A DNA stretch of 64,000 nucleotides. Origin: Lama glama (taxonomy: Eukaryota). Location: positions 5,396,001 to 5,460,000 of the forward strand of contig CM052831.1 in the NCBI GenBank assembly GCA_028534125.1, written 5' to 3'. The notes under the pieces are model-generated. The model was not told where the DNA came from. It did not search any database and was given only the letters and a program-made list of their open reading frames with translations. Position 1 is the first letter of the stretch; every line of letters starts with the position of its first letter. The position numbers and the translations under genes were made by a program. Shown here piece by piece: positions 49,722 to 62,340 of this stretch.

Positions 49722-52700
49722 TTTTTAAGACTATTTTTTAAGAGCAGATCTTACGTTTACAACCAAATTTAGAGGGCAATATAATAATTTCCCATACTTC
49801 CCCTGCCTCTCACATGAATGGCCTCCCCCATTATCAGCATCCTCACTGTGTCTCATCGCCAGAATCGGACATTTCTTACCAAAGGTGAAACTGCCTTGAC
49901 ACACTGTAGTCGTCCGAAGCCCAGAGTTCACCCTGGGGCTCCTTCTTGGTATTAGACTGTCTGTGAGTTTGGATGAATGTCTGCATGTAAGCAGCATAAC
50001 AGTACCATACGGCGTATTTCCCTGCCCAAAACACCCTCTGCGTTCCACTTACTCATTACTCTCCCACTCCCAACTTTTGGAAACCACTGATTTTTTTTTT
50101 CTCCATAGTTTTGCCTTTTCCAGAACATCATATAGTTAAGATTATACAGTATGTAGCCTTGCAAGAGTGGCTTCTTTCACTAAGTAACATGGGTTTAAGG
50201 TTTCTCCCTGTATTTTCATGGCTTGGTAACTCTTTCCTTTCTAGCACTGAGGTAGTATTCCGTTGTCTGTGTTCCACAGTTTGCTTATCCATTCACCTAC
50301 TAAAGAACATTTGGGTGACATCCATGTTTTGGCAGTTATGAATGATGCTGCCATATACATCTCTGTCTCGGTTTTTGTGTGGACTGTAGTTTTCAGCTTC
50401 TTTGGGTAAATACCAAGAAGTGTGACTGCTGGATCATATAAGAGAATGCTTAGTTTTGTAAGAAACTGCCAACCTGTCTTCCTAAATGGCTGTAGTATTT
50501 TGCATTTTCACCAGCAATGATGGAGAGTTCTTCTTGCTCCACATCCTGTCCAGCACTTGATGTTGTCAGTGTCCTGGAGTCTGGCCATCCTACTACGTGT
50601 GCAGCGGTATCTCAATGTTTTCATTTGCATTTCCCTAATGGTGTATAATGTGGAGCATCTTTTCATATGCTTATTTTCCATCTGTATATCTTTTTTCATA
50701 AGGTGTGTGTTAAGATGTTTGATTTGTTTTTTATAAGGTTTTTTTGTTTTCTTACTGTTAAGCTTTAAATGTTTGTATATTTTGGATAACAGTCATTTTC
50801 ATATCTTTATTTTGAAAATATTTTTTCACAGTCTGTGGCTTATCTTCTAGTTCTCTTGATATTGTCTTTCACAGAGCAGACATTTTTAATTTTAATGAAA
50901 TCTGCGTTATCAGTTGTTAGTCTCATGGATCTTGTCTTTGATGTTGTGTCTTAAAAGGCATCACCATACCCGCAGTCACTCACGTTTTCTCCTATGTTGT
51001 CTAATAGGAGTTTCGCATTTTACCTTGAATTCTATGACCCATTTGGAGTTAATTTCTGTGAAGGGTGTGAGGTCTGTGTCTAGGTTTATCTTTTTGTATG
51101 TGAATGTCCAGCTGTACCAGCACCATTTGTTGCAGAGACTAGCTTTGCTCCCTTGTATTGCTTTTGCTTCTTCATCAAAGATTAGTTATCTCTATTTATG
51201 GGGTCTATTTCTGGACTCTAGTTGGGTTGTGTTTTTTGATGCACTCTGTCAATCTCTGTCTTTTAATTGGTACATTTAAACCACTGGTGTTCAGATCACT
51301 TTTACGGATATAGTTGGATTAATATCAACCATGTTCGCTACTGTTTTTATTTGTGGCCCTTATTTTTTTGTTCCTATTTTTGTCTTCCCCTTTTCTGCAT
51401 TTTGTGGTTTGAATTGAGCATTTTGTACAAATGTGTTTTCTTTCTTTTCCAAGCATATTGTTTATCCTTCATTTTTTTACTTTGTTTAGTGGATGTCCTA
51501 CAGTTTGCAATGTACGTTTACAACTAGTCCAAGCCCACGTTCAAATAACAGTATAGCACTTCACAGGAAGAATGAGTACCACCTAATAACAAAAATGATG
51601 CTAACTCCTCCCTTCTGCTCCTGCATCATTGCTGCCTTTTATCTCACTTATGTGTAAACTTACATAAGGATATATATACACATACATATATATATATATA
51701 TACACACACACACTCACAAGATATATGCAAAAGGAAAGCATACACGATCAAACACATTGTTGGTGGTGTTATTTTGAACAAACTGTTATCTGTTAGTTCA
51801 GTTAGGAACAATTGTTCCTTCTTAGATGTTTTACTTTTCTGTATGTAGATCTGAATTTCTGATGTATATTATTTTCCTTCTTCCTAAACTTCTTTGAATA
51901 TTTCTTGCAAGTCAGTTCTACTGGCAACAGATTTCCTTAATTTTTGTTTGTATGGGAAAGTCTATATTTCTCCTTCACTTTTAAAGAGTAATTTCACAGG
52001 GCACAGAATTCTATGTCAGTGTTTTTTTTTTTTTCTTTCAACATTGTGAATATTTCATTCCACTCTCTTCTTTCTTGCAAGGTTTGAGACGTCAGATGTA
52101 ACTTGTACCCTTGTTCTATAGGTATTCTTTTTTTCTCCTCTGGGTTCTTTTGGAATTTTTTTCTTTATTTTTGATTTTCTATAGTTTGAAGATGATATAT
52201 GCCTCGGTGTATAATTTTGTTAGTTTGTTCTGTTTTGCAGCTGTTCTGTTTAGTGTTTCCCGAGCTTCCCGGTTCTGTGTTTGGTGCCTGCCATTCATCT
52301 GGGGGAAATTCTCAGTTGTTACTGCTTCAAATATTCCTTCTGTTCCTTACTCTCTCTCTTCTTCTGGTATGCCCATTATGTGTATATTTCCACATTTTGT
52401 AATTGTCCCATACTCCTTGGATATACTGTTCTGGTTTTCTCAGTCTTTATTCTCTTTGCTTTTTAGTTTTCAAGGATTCTGTTGCTGTATCCTCCAGCTC
52501 AGAGATTACTTCCTCAGCTGTGTCCCATTTCATAATGAGCCCATTAAAGGCATTCTTCATGTCTGTTACAGTGTTTTTATTTCTAGCCTTTCTTTTTGGC
52601 TCTTTCTAAGGATTTCCATTTCTATACTTACAATGCTCACCTCTTTTGTTACATGCTGTCTACTTTATCCATTAGAGCCCTTAGCATGTTCATTATAGCT

Positions 52701-53360
52701 GTGTTACAGACCTGGTCTGATGATTCCAGCCTTCCTGCCAAGTTTGGTTCTGAGGCTTGCTCTGTCTTCACATTGGGTCTTTTGCCCTTTGGAATGCCTT
52801 ATAATGTTTTCTCTATAGCCGGACGTGATACACCAGGTAAAAGAAACTACTGTAAAGAGACTTGCAGTAAAGTGATGGTAACCTGTGGGGGCAGGAAGCT
52901 TTCTGTGGTCCCGCGTTTAGGGGGTCTCAGTCTCTTAGTGAGCCTGTGCCTCTGGGCTGCGCGCTTCACAAGGGTGTCTCAGCTTTTTCCCCCCTTAGGT
53001 GGGACAGGATGGATAGCGTGGGCTGGAGGTGGTTTTTTCCCTCTCCTGGGTCAGTCAAAGCCTGATGATATCCCAGCAGGCTTTGCTCTGGTTAATTAGT
53101 TCCCCCTGCGGGCAGACCGGTTACAGAAAGCCGAGTGCTCCGGCGTGCTTCAGTACGGTAGCTTTCCTGCTCGCCCTGCCAGACGCCTGAGGGCTTTTCT
53201 CTGACATTTACCGGGGAACCTAGTCCAGCCCCGCAAGGTAAATATTGCAATATTGTTGGGCTCCTATGACTGGGTCCCCACTGGGGTTTTAACTCTCGGG
53301 GTTGTCCATACTGAGCCTCCAACAGTCTGTGAACTAGTTCAGGCTTTCCTACCCTGGCGT
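49722..53360 (-). mobile_element. L1 (L1MC/MD-like): 3' UTR and ORF2 end joined near 51220 to endonuclease, ORF1 and 5' regions
   Basis: TTTTTAAGAGCAG..TTCCCATAC (3' end), GGGTAAATACCAAGAAGTG, GTACCAGCACCATTTGTTG. Then an abrupt switch to CTCTGTCAATCTCTGTCTTTTAATTGG, later TTTCTCCTTCACTTTTAAAG, and a CpG-richer 5' part at 52880-53350. Confidence 0.85.
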
Positions 53361-53409
53361 CTTATTTATATGGAAACCCCACGTCATTCTACCGTTGATC
53401 CAGAGTAGA

Positions 53410-54450
53410 AGTCCAATGAAAAGGGCAAAGGAAAAGCATTGAAAAATTTTGACTAGGGACATGACTTAATCGGATTTTTGTTTTAAATCCACTCTGGCTT
53501 TAGGGAGAAAATGGACTGATGAAGATGGAGAACAAAGAAAGAGCTGGGAGGCCACTGCCGACACTGAGGTGAGTGGTCCTGGTGGGGTCTTACGAAAGGG
53601 GAAAGCTGGCAGGATGAATGCGTGAATTTTTAGTTCTGTAACTGGCAAGACCTTGTAATTGATTGGAATGAGACTGCAGGACAGGAGTGTTTTGAGACCC
53701 AAGGGCCAGAATGTGGAGAAATGCGACAGTCAAATGATTCTAAAGTCAATTGTGGCGCTTGATTGATCAGTGAAGAAAGTAGCGAGAAAGATCTCCCCGT
53801 GATCAGCAAAGTCCAGAATTAAATCAGTGGGACCAGAAGCCACTGAGGAGGCTTCAGACTCTTCAGCCAGAAGGCAACACAGGTGCTTTAGGGACTTGAT
53901 CCTGTAGCCTTCCCTAAATCAGCAGGAGGGGGACACAACATGGCAAAAGTGCTCAGTTACTGGTGAGGCTTGTTAAGAGGTGGGATGCCCGGTGAGACGG
54001 AGAGAAGGTAATTAGGAGAGGGAAGACTGAGAAGGAAGGGCACTGTGAGGAGGCTAATTAGAACAGCGAAGGTGTTGAGTAATTATAGGCCAGAATTAGC
54101 GTGATAGCGGTGGGGCTGGAAAGAAGGGGGTCATTACAAGTCAAGTTAGAAGGCTGACTGGAAGTAGAGAGTCGTGGAGGAGCAGGCCCGGAGCCAAGAG
54201 GACATAGAACAATTGTAGGAATGGGGCTGGGAATAGGGGGATAAATGGGGAGCAGGTTTTGGTGGAAAGATGAGGGGTTTGGTGTGGAGCTTGTTCCATT
54301 GGAGGTCGAGGGGGCTAAAAGGAAGCGTCCATTCAGGTGGCAGCTGGAGAGAGAGGCATGGGGAGGTTGCCAGAGGATGTCCTCAAGCCACCAGCCAAGG
54401 CCAAGGGACATCCCAGTGAGACTCCATGTGTTTGCTCTGTGTTCAGTGTT
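53410..54450 (-). mobile_element. L2 fragment(s)
   Basis: Purine-rich antisense L2 text: TTTTAAATCCACTCTGGCT..GGAGGCCACTG, CCATTCAGGTGGCAGCTGGA. Confidence 0.6.
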
Positions 54451-54685
54451 GGCCTGGTGCACCGTGAACTGGAGTAGGGCAGGCTCACCAAGATAAACCA
54501 GGATGAACCTATGTTATTACACTTCTGAGCAGAAAAATCAGAGGCTGGCATTTGTAATGTATGGCTGTGGTGAAGGAATATTAAGGCAAGTGCCAAAGAA
54601 CTCTGGATAACGACGGGGTGGGGGCGGGGCTGGTTTATGGTGCTTCTGCTCACCTGTTACTGATTGTAGCATTGATTCGTCAGTT

Positions 54686-54902
54686 CGGGGGGTTGGCAAA
54701 CTATAGCCAGTGGACCCAATCTACTGTTTTGGTAAATGAAGTGTTATTACAACACAGCCCCACCTGTTCATTTACATAATCTGTGTGACTTCTTTTGTGC
54801 TGTAACAGCAGAGTTGATGAGATTAAAAAGAGACCACATGGGCAACAAACCTACAATGTCTACTACCTGGCCCTTAGCAGAAAATACTTGTTGACCCTTC
54901 CT
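54686..54902. mobile_element. MER58A MITE
   Basis: GGGGTTGGCAAACTATAGCC..ACACAGCC..TTCATTTACAT..CAGCAGAGTTGA..AGAGACCACATGG..TGGCCCTTAGCAGAAAA. Confidence 0.85.
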
Positions 54903-55104
54903 CTAGTTCATCAGTGTCTGCACCGCTTTGTGGCTCTGAGAGTCTTGAACAACCCTACCGACCACCTCCGCCACCACCACCTCGGTATCCATCTGTTCAT
55001 TCTCAACCAACACATCCTTTGTTATCAACAAGCCCATTTTAAGTTCTCTGCAGGTTTGTCGGCAGCTTTAAGTGAGTAGGCCGTGGGACCCAGGCCAAAG
55101 GTCA

Positions 55105-55320
55105 CAATAACGCGCATGTGTATGAGGTAAGAAGTAAATGTACGCATGCGCCAATAGTATGCGTAGGCATCAGGAACAGTACGCATGCGCGGACAAGATA
55201 CACTAAAAACAAATGCGCCACGCCGGCTCGCGCCATCTTGTACTAGAAGAGAGTGCTGTTCCACTCCATGTGGGCTCCTCACGCCATCCGTTTCGCGGCA
55301 TGTCGGCTCCTCGCGCCTCT
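55105..55320. promoter_or_regulatory. CpG-rich promoter-like module (NRF1 x3, CCAAT, YY1, E2F)
   Basis: CGCGCATGTG (55111), GTACGCATGCGC twice (55140, 55179), CCAAT (55151), CGCCATCTTG (55231), TTTCGCGG (55291). CpG is dense here against a CpG-poor background. Confidence 0.6.
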
Positions 55321-57814
55321 TTCCAGTTGGGCAGCTCACCTCGAACCCCTCTCCAGCCCCCCTCGGCTGACAAGGTTCCATCACCTGACAGGTGTGCACG
55401 GAGCAAGGCGCTCCCCTCCAGCATTCACCCATCCTTTCCCTATTTGAGTGGGATTGACCCCAGTCCTTTGCCATTGTTACTAATTAAAAAATCAGCTCTT
55501 TACCCATTCAAGTTCAACATTTGAGGAAAGTAGAGGAACATTTTTTTTCTTGCCTCCTCTATGCATGTGGAAGGGTCTAACCCAGGAGCTGCTTAGAGAA
55601 TCCAAACAGAGAAGGGGGAGGGAAATGTTGGAAGAATTTTAGGGAAACTAAGCCATGATTTCTAAACCCTCAGAAACCTGAGATTGACCAGAACCCTGCC
55701 GAGCTTCAGGGCATTATGGTTCAATGAACAAATAACCGTGTGGTCATTGAAGTCCGCTTGAACTGGGAACACAGCTACAGACAACACAGTGAGTCTCAGT
55801 GAGTGATCCTAATGTAGTTACTTGTCGTTTTCCCTGCGTGATGAGGCAGGGGGAGTCAAATCCCCGAGCCAGTGGCCAGCAGGGGAGCTTGTGGCAGCTT
55901 CTCCACCTGGAGCCATCCTCTCCATGCTTTTCCTGGGCTCGGCTCTCGTACCATCTGCTTTGGCCTCCATCCCTTCATTACCGCTTAGAGTTGCTGCTGG
56001 CCCCCATCCCGCTGCAGCATGGATGCTGGGCTTTGTTGTGGTCAGTGTTTGGATGTTCTTCCTGTAGGTTGGTCCTGTTGAACAGTTTAGCAACAGCCTT
56101 CACTGTTCAGGTACTTGGTCCTTGCATGCAATTAAAATATATTTGTTCATTGTGCTGTGGTTTGTAAGGTGCTACAACTAACCCCACAAAGCCTAAAATA
56201 CTTACTGCCTAGCCCTTCACAGGAAAAGTATTCTGACTTCTTCTCTGGGCTGTTCCTAGCATAAACCTGTTGAGTCAGCGTGACAGTGCCATTTTACTGA
56301 TGAAGAAATAGAGGTTCAGAGAGAAACTCCCCCAAATGATGCATGCCGTTGAGATGAGATCCATGTGGAGGTCTGTCGTCCTCCAAAATATATCTTGCCT
56401 GTACTTTTTATTATATCAGGTGAATTTGGCTAATTGTGTGGCTCATACTTTACTGAAGTAATAGAGTGGATTATAAAATGATTTTTTTTCTCCCTAAAGC
56501 AAAATAAAGTGACATTTTAAAACCAAATAATGAGAACTGGTCCCTTCAGGATAATTACATACAATGGCATATTTACTTTTAAAAGTAAATCATGTTTTAC
56601 GGCAATTTCTAAGTTAATGAAATGATTATACCACTAGCTCCGTGGATTTTATTACCCCATGCTTTTTGCAGGACACCTGAGACTTGTAGGCAATGAACGA
56701 ATTGATCGCCCAGTGGGAATCTAAGGCCAGAGCCTGGATTGCCCTCAGACATACCCGTATGTTTGCACATGGTGCTAATGACCCAGTCCTTCACTCAAAC
56801 AGGTGTTCTGTGTTGGTTAAAAACCTTCCAGTTTGATCCTGTAACTCCACAGATCTCGGTTTTTATGGTGTGTCCCAATCATATGGGAGCCCTTCAAAAG
56901 CAAAGGCCTAAGCCCAAGTCCCATCCCCCCAGATTAATGAATTGCTTTTTTCCTGTATGTAGGCAGTGCGGAGAAACACTGAGAAGAACACTTTTGCCAG
57001 TGACTTGCTGTTTGAGGACACGTACCCATGGGTTATGGTCTCCCTGGCAGGAGGCAAAGTTAAAAATTCCTGACTTAAATGAGCAAAAAGGGAATTGCAT
57101 ATGTTATCTCGAGGGTTTTATTTCTTGCTCTGTGTGGCCGTTTTTTTTTCCTTATCAGCTGGTCCACATTCACTTGACGATCTTCAGGAGAAAGGAAAGG
57201 CCAGATAGTATAGGTTAGTCACGTAAATTAGATGTAATCAGCTTTCAGTTATCTGGGGAGGGAGAAAAGGGTGCATAGTCCAAACTCAGAAGTGAAAAAT
57301 CAGATCTTTATTGTTTATTATCTACAAAGCAGCTGCTTCAGAATTAGTAGCTGTCCTTGCTAAACTGCAGATTTTGGGCTCTATCCCAGTTCTACGGGAT
57401 CAGGGTTTTCAGGGAGGAGGCCTGGGGAATCTGTGTGTTTTAAATGCTGTGCAGGTGTTTTTTTATGTACACTAAGTCATGAGGATGGAGTGTATAAGTC
57501 ATATATTTCTACTGATGTCTGAATGTTGCCATGTTGAAAGAGGGTAGGGGAAAGGGACACACAGACATGGTCAGCTGGCAGGATGGTCCATTCATGTTTA
57601 CCATATGTTGTGTACACACACACGTTTAGTTACAGAGGAGTGTATGTGCACACACATGAATGCTTCATGTGGTCAAGCACAAGTGCACTTAGACATGTGC
57701 CCTTGCCCGCCCTCTGCATACAACAAGCTCTTAATCTGTCTGACTCTTATGTCATTCAAGTCTCAGCTCAAATGTCACTCCTGCAGAAAGATCTATCTTG
57801 ACTCTTACAGCAGA

Positions 57815-58372
57815 TTTGCGGCAAAAGTGTCTTTAATCCTGTTCCTCTTAGTATCTATGCCTTTTGCAATGCACCTTCTTTCATTAAGAGGTGGAGTCTG
57901 TTGCCCCTCTCCTTCAATTTGGGCTGGCTAAGTAAATTTACTTTGACCAATAGAATGCAACCAAAGTCCCAAAGTGTTAGTTATAAACCTCAAGGGGCCT
58001 TGCTTGCTTCTCTCATACTGTCAGAACCCTGTCCCACCATATAAATAAGCCCAGGCTAGCCTGTGGGGTGATGACAACCACATGGCCCAGTCACCTCGTC
58101 ACCTCAGCCGACAGTCAGACATGTGAGTTGAAGCTGTTCCATACCGGCCAGCTACCAGCTGGTCCCTCACCTGACTGTAAATTCATAAGTGAGCCCAAAC
58201 AAGATCAATTCTACCAGGTCTAGATCCACAGAACTGCTTAGCTTGCCCCTTAATAAGCATGAGAAATAAAAGTTTTTATTTTAAGGCACTGTATTAAGAG
58301 AAATACTTGTTACTTTATTTTGAGTCACCAGATTTTGAGGAGCTTTGTTACACTGCAGTATGTAACTAATAC
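57815..58372 (+). mobile_element. MaLR solo LTR (MLT1F/G/H-like)
   Basis: CATTAAGAGGTGGAGTCT..TTTGACCAATAGAATG..AAGCCCAGGCTAGCCTG..GAAATAAAA..TAACTAATACA. Confidence 0.85.
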
Positions 58373-58469
58373 AACCATTTTTTCAAAAGGCCTCACCTCA
58401 TTACATTACCATTTTGTATATATTCTGTTTCCTTTTTATTATCTGAAATTAACTTGTTTTTTGACTTTC

Positions 58470-58600
58470 TCCATAAGAATGCAAATGCATTGAAATTAGA
58501 GTGTCTTTCTGTCATGTTTGCTGATGAATTTCCAGTGCTTAGAGCAGTGCCTGGCTGATAGGGGACCGCCAGCAAATACTCAGTGAATATGTTTCCTATA
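58470..58600 (+). mobile_element. L2 3' end
   Basis: CCAGTGCTTAGAGCAGTGCCTGGC..TAGG..AGCAAATACT..GTGAAT. Confidence 0.7.
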
Positions 58601-59199
58601 GGCATTCCTTACAAATTCAGCTTCGTAACCGGATTTTTCTAAGGCTTACTAGTAGAGTTTAAATGTACTCTGTGGTGGTGGGGGGTGTCTTAACAGGAGC
58701 TAGTTGGGTGTGCTTTGTCTGCTGTCTGATGGGTTGCTGGAAAACACCAGCCTGAAAGATTACATAAGCAGCCCTGGGCGCACTAGGCCTGCCGTGAGGG
58801 CTGCAGTGTGCTCCCGCACCTGGTGTCCCAAGCGGGGCGTGTCACATTTTGTTTTAGTTTCAAGGTCTTTCTGCTGCATTCGTGGCTGTTAAAACTTGGG
58901 AGGTTGGGGAGAGATTTTAAAGATATTAAATCTTTTAGACAGGGCTTCATATTTTCCAGGGCATTCATTGTCTGTGACACTGTTCATAGGTGATGTTATT
59001 TGCTTCCTGTGCGTTCAGAAGGAAATCCCATGTGACTTGCTCTTGGCAAGAACATTCAATGCTGGGAATGAATTCTGTTCTTCCCTGCCACCTGAATGTT
59101 CCTGACATTGCTTCTCTTTGGCATATCTAACCCTCACTTTTTCTTCCCAGTCTTTCTTCTTCCAAACGTGACAGTTAGTGGTCAAGACTCATCACTCTG

Positions 59200-59425
59200 A
59201 AACCTTATCCGGAGCTGGCATACAAGCTCCACATTTAACCATCCATGTGACCTCAGGCCAGTCACATAGCATTCCTGTTCATCAGCAGGGTAATTATAGT
59301 ACCTTCCTTGCAGAACTATTGTAAGAATACGTAATACGTGTAAATCTCCTGGACCAGTGCCTAGGAGCATAGTAAACACTAGGTAATCATTAACTGGTGA
59401 TGGATTTATTATTGGCATCCATTAT
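59200..59425 (+). mobile_element. MIR SINE
   Basis: CATGTGACCTCAGGCCAGTCAC..TAATTATAGTACCT..CAGTGCCT..CATAGTAAACACT. Confidence 0.7.
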
Positions 59426-59519
59426 CATCAAATAATTTTGGACAAAGTAGGAAAATGAATCTTGGGATCTAAAATTATTTATCAGATTCCTGTAGTAGGG
59501 TCATTAATAATTAGTAATT

Positions 59520-59765
59520 TTAACAATTACAATACCTATATTTGATGACTGCTTACCTTGTAGCAGACTAGGCACTAAGCACTGGAATACTGTATACTCC
59601 TGTCCACTGAAGTCTTGTCATGACCCTGTGAATTAGGTGACTTGTTGGCCTTTTACAGATGAGACAGTCTAGGCTCAGATGGGTTAAGAACCTTGCCCAG
59701 GGTTGCACAGACAATAAGACAGGGTTCAAGTTCAAACCTGGGCAGGCTGACTGTATACCACCCAG
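59520..59765 (-). mobile_element. MIR SINE
   Basis: TTTTACAGATGAGACAGTCTAGGCTCAGATGGGTTAAGAACCTTGCCCAGGGTTGCACAG..TTCAAACC. Confidence 0.85.
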
Positions 59766-60613
59766 TTCTACCTCTGGCTACCCACAAGAGAAACAAAATT
59801 TAGTGAGTTTGAAGTCACCTAAAATAAGAGACCACTCATACTAATGATGCTATTTCTGTACAAGGCTGGAAACTTAGCTTTGCATGTGACTTAGGAATTT
59901 GTGAAACATTTCCCCTTGTGTGCTGTTATTCACTGCAGTCCTCAAAACATTCTTGGGAGGTAAATGGCCTCCTCTCTTCCAACAAACAGGGCATCAGGGG
60001 TTGGAGAAAGGCAGTCACTTATTTTAAATTCCACAGCTATTAAGTGGCAACATTTTGACATTATCCAGAGGCCCCAGGTCCAAGTCCTACACGCTTGTGA
60101 CAGTACTGTACTGACTGGCATTGACTTACTGATTTGAAATCTCTAACTGTAAATCGCTGAGATTTTAGGCATATGCTGGAATATAATTTTGTAATATTGG
60201 ACAACAGGTATTCTTTAAATGCATGTGGGCTTAAAATACCACTATAAAGAGGAGATTTAAGCTACTTAGAAGGACAAAATATTTTGGGATACTTTAGAGA
60301 ACTCATTGCCTATATCCAGCTAATGTTTTATAGAAATCAATTTTTTTAATCTGTTAATTTTTTAAAATCTTTAAGTCCTAGGTCCATTTCTTGGTCAGAG
60401 TCTAATTTTACATTATATAGAGCCATGTTTCCTGAGAGGCCGCTTAAAATAGGTTTTAGGCAGAAAAATTAATCAATATAACTTTGTGAAATGTGGTATT
60501 AAGCAGACTTCTTTTGGACACTTTACAGCCTTTGTTATATTAACGTGTGCTGTGAAGCTCTGGAAACAAAGCACACAGCCTCACAAGTGTGTTTGTTCAT
60601 GGAACCCCCAGCT

Positions 60614-60815
60614 CAGGGGTTGGCAAACTACATCCCAGCTGCCAAATCCAGCCTGTGGCTTGTTTTAGTTTAGCCTGTGAGTTAATAACGTTTTTTCTTT
60701 TATATTTTTAATGGGTTGTTAAAAACAAAGAAGAATATGCAACAGACTGTATGTGGCTTACAAAGCCTAAAATATTTACTATCTGGCCATTCATTGGAAA
60801 AAGTTTGTGAAACCA
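60614..60815. mobile_element. MER58-family MITE
   Basis: CAGGGGTTGGCAAACTAC..CCAAATCCAGCC..CAAAGCCTAAAATATTTACTATCTGGCC..GAAAAAGTTTG. Confidence 0.85.
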
Positions 60816-60859
60816 AATGCTGCCTTCAAATAACATTATTATGATCCTTGCCACCATCT

Positions 60860-61386
60860 TGGTAGCTTATCTCTAAGATGGCCATCAATAATTTCATCCC
60901 CTCTTACATCTGCAGGTGAACCTCCCACCAAAAGGTGATGTCTTTTGGGAGCATTCCTTGGGTCTGGGCTGACCTGAGAGTTCACTGGCCAGTAGAATAT
61001 GGTACCAATGATGTGATGGTAGCTTTGGACCTAACCATTACATAGCTGCAGTTTCCACCATTGTCTCTTATAATCCTGAGTCACCATGTAAAAAAGTTCA
61101 ACTACTCTGCTGGAGATAGGTCCTAAGACAATTTGAACAGATAGGGTGACCCAGCCTAGCCTCGCCTTGCAGCCATCCCCATCAGGGTACCAGGTGTTAG
61201 TGAAACCAGACTTGACTCTACAGCCCAGCCCAGATGCCAGTGGAATATCATAAATGACCATAGTTTTGATGCCAGGAGGAGCAGAGTAATTGGCCATTTA
61301 AGCCCTATCTGAATAGACCTGCTTGAAATAGAATAAGATAGTTGATATTTTAAGCTCCTGTTACCCAGCAGTAGATGACTGAGACG
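60860..61386 (+). mobile_element. MaLR solo LTR (MLT1F/G/H-like)
   Basis: TCTAAGATGGCC..GGTCTGGGCTGACC..CCAGTAGAATATGG..CACCATGTAA..TTTTAAGC..CAGCAGTAGATGACTGAGAC. Confidence 0.75.
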
Positions 61387-62084
61387 ATCGTCATGCACAC
61401 CCTCGTCTTTCCCATCATTGTCGTTTTGCAGACAGTCTCAGGAACTGGCATCTCCTGCAGCTCACTTCAAGAAAATCTGATTTTGAGAATGTAACTCTGT
61501 CTTTAGAATTTAGTATTTTCATTAATTTACACAGGCTATTCCACAAATGGTATAAATTAATGAGGTTTACCCTAGTAATTACTTTATCAGTTACCATCAT
61601 ACGCAGAGGACTGTGTCAAGTGTGGTACACCTGCTAAAACAAGATAGCAGCCCAAACCTCCGAGCCGCTTAATCTCCTATCTCCAACTCTGTCTTGCAGC
61701 TTGTACCACTGTCGGGGACTGATGATTTCAAAAAGCTAAACCTCTGCTATCTAGTTGTAGCAAAATCTCTTTAGGGAGTTATAAGATCACATCAGGAGAA
61801 AAAAGATCTGCACCAAAGCCCAGCACATAACAGATGCTCAGTGATTGTATCTTGCGGATGTTCCTTTCAGATTGAGAAGGGCATCATTCCTTCACTCCTG
61901 CATGGTTGATACTTTCTCCTTGTTGTTGACGACTCTGCTGCAGAAGTCTTGTATAAGCAACAGGGCACCCTGATGGCTTGATTTAACCTGTCACAGTCCT
62001 GATGACAAGTCTTTAGCACCCCCACTGCCTGCAGAACATCTCACGTCTTTATCTGTGCCCGTATGCCCTTTCACAGTCCAGCCC

Positions 62085-62340
62085 AGCTTACCCTCCATCT
62101 GCTGCCTGAAATGTAATGTCTGTGAATTTTCCTTGTACATGGAACACACCACGTCGTCTTTTGCCTCGTGACTTTGCACATGCTATTTCCTCTTCCCTGA
62201 ATGCATGTTCCTGCTCTCCCGTGAAATGCATGGCATTTCTGACTCTTCATTCATCTCTGGTATGTTTTCAGACCCTCCCTTCCCTCCTCCAGGAGGGATT
62301 CTGTCCCATCATGTATACATCTGTTACCATTTTTACCATT
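62085..62340 (+). mobile_element. L2 fragment
   Basis: TGCCTCGTGACTTTGCACATGCTATTTCCTCTTCCCTGAATGC. Confidence 0.65.

Noticed and set aside
52111..53099. Longest ORFs (195 aa and 167 aa, plus strand)
   Set aside because: Antisense reading of a T-rich old L1; F/L/S-biased with no recognisable domain.
54058..54462. 134-aa Pro/Ser-rich ORF
   Set aside because: Overlaps decayed L2 sequence; composition-driven.
55025..55474. 149-aa minus-strand ORF over the CpG module
   Set aside because: No recognisable homology; GC-rich sequence lowers stop frequency and overlapping ORFs occur in several frames.
56739..57218. 159-aa plus-strand ORF
   Set aside because: Non-ATG start, no recognisable domain and no supporting exon structure.
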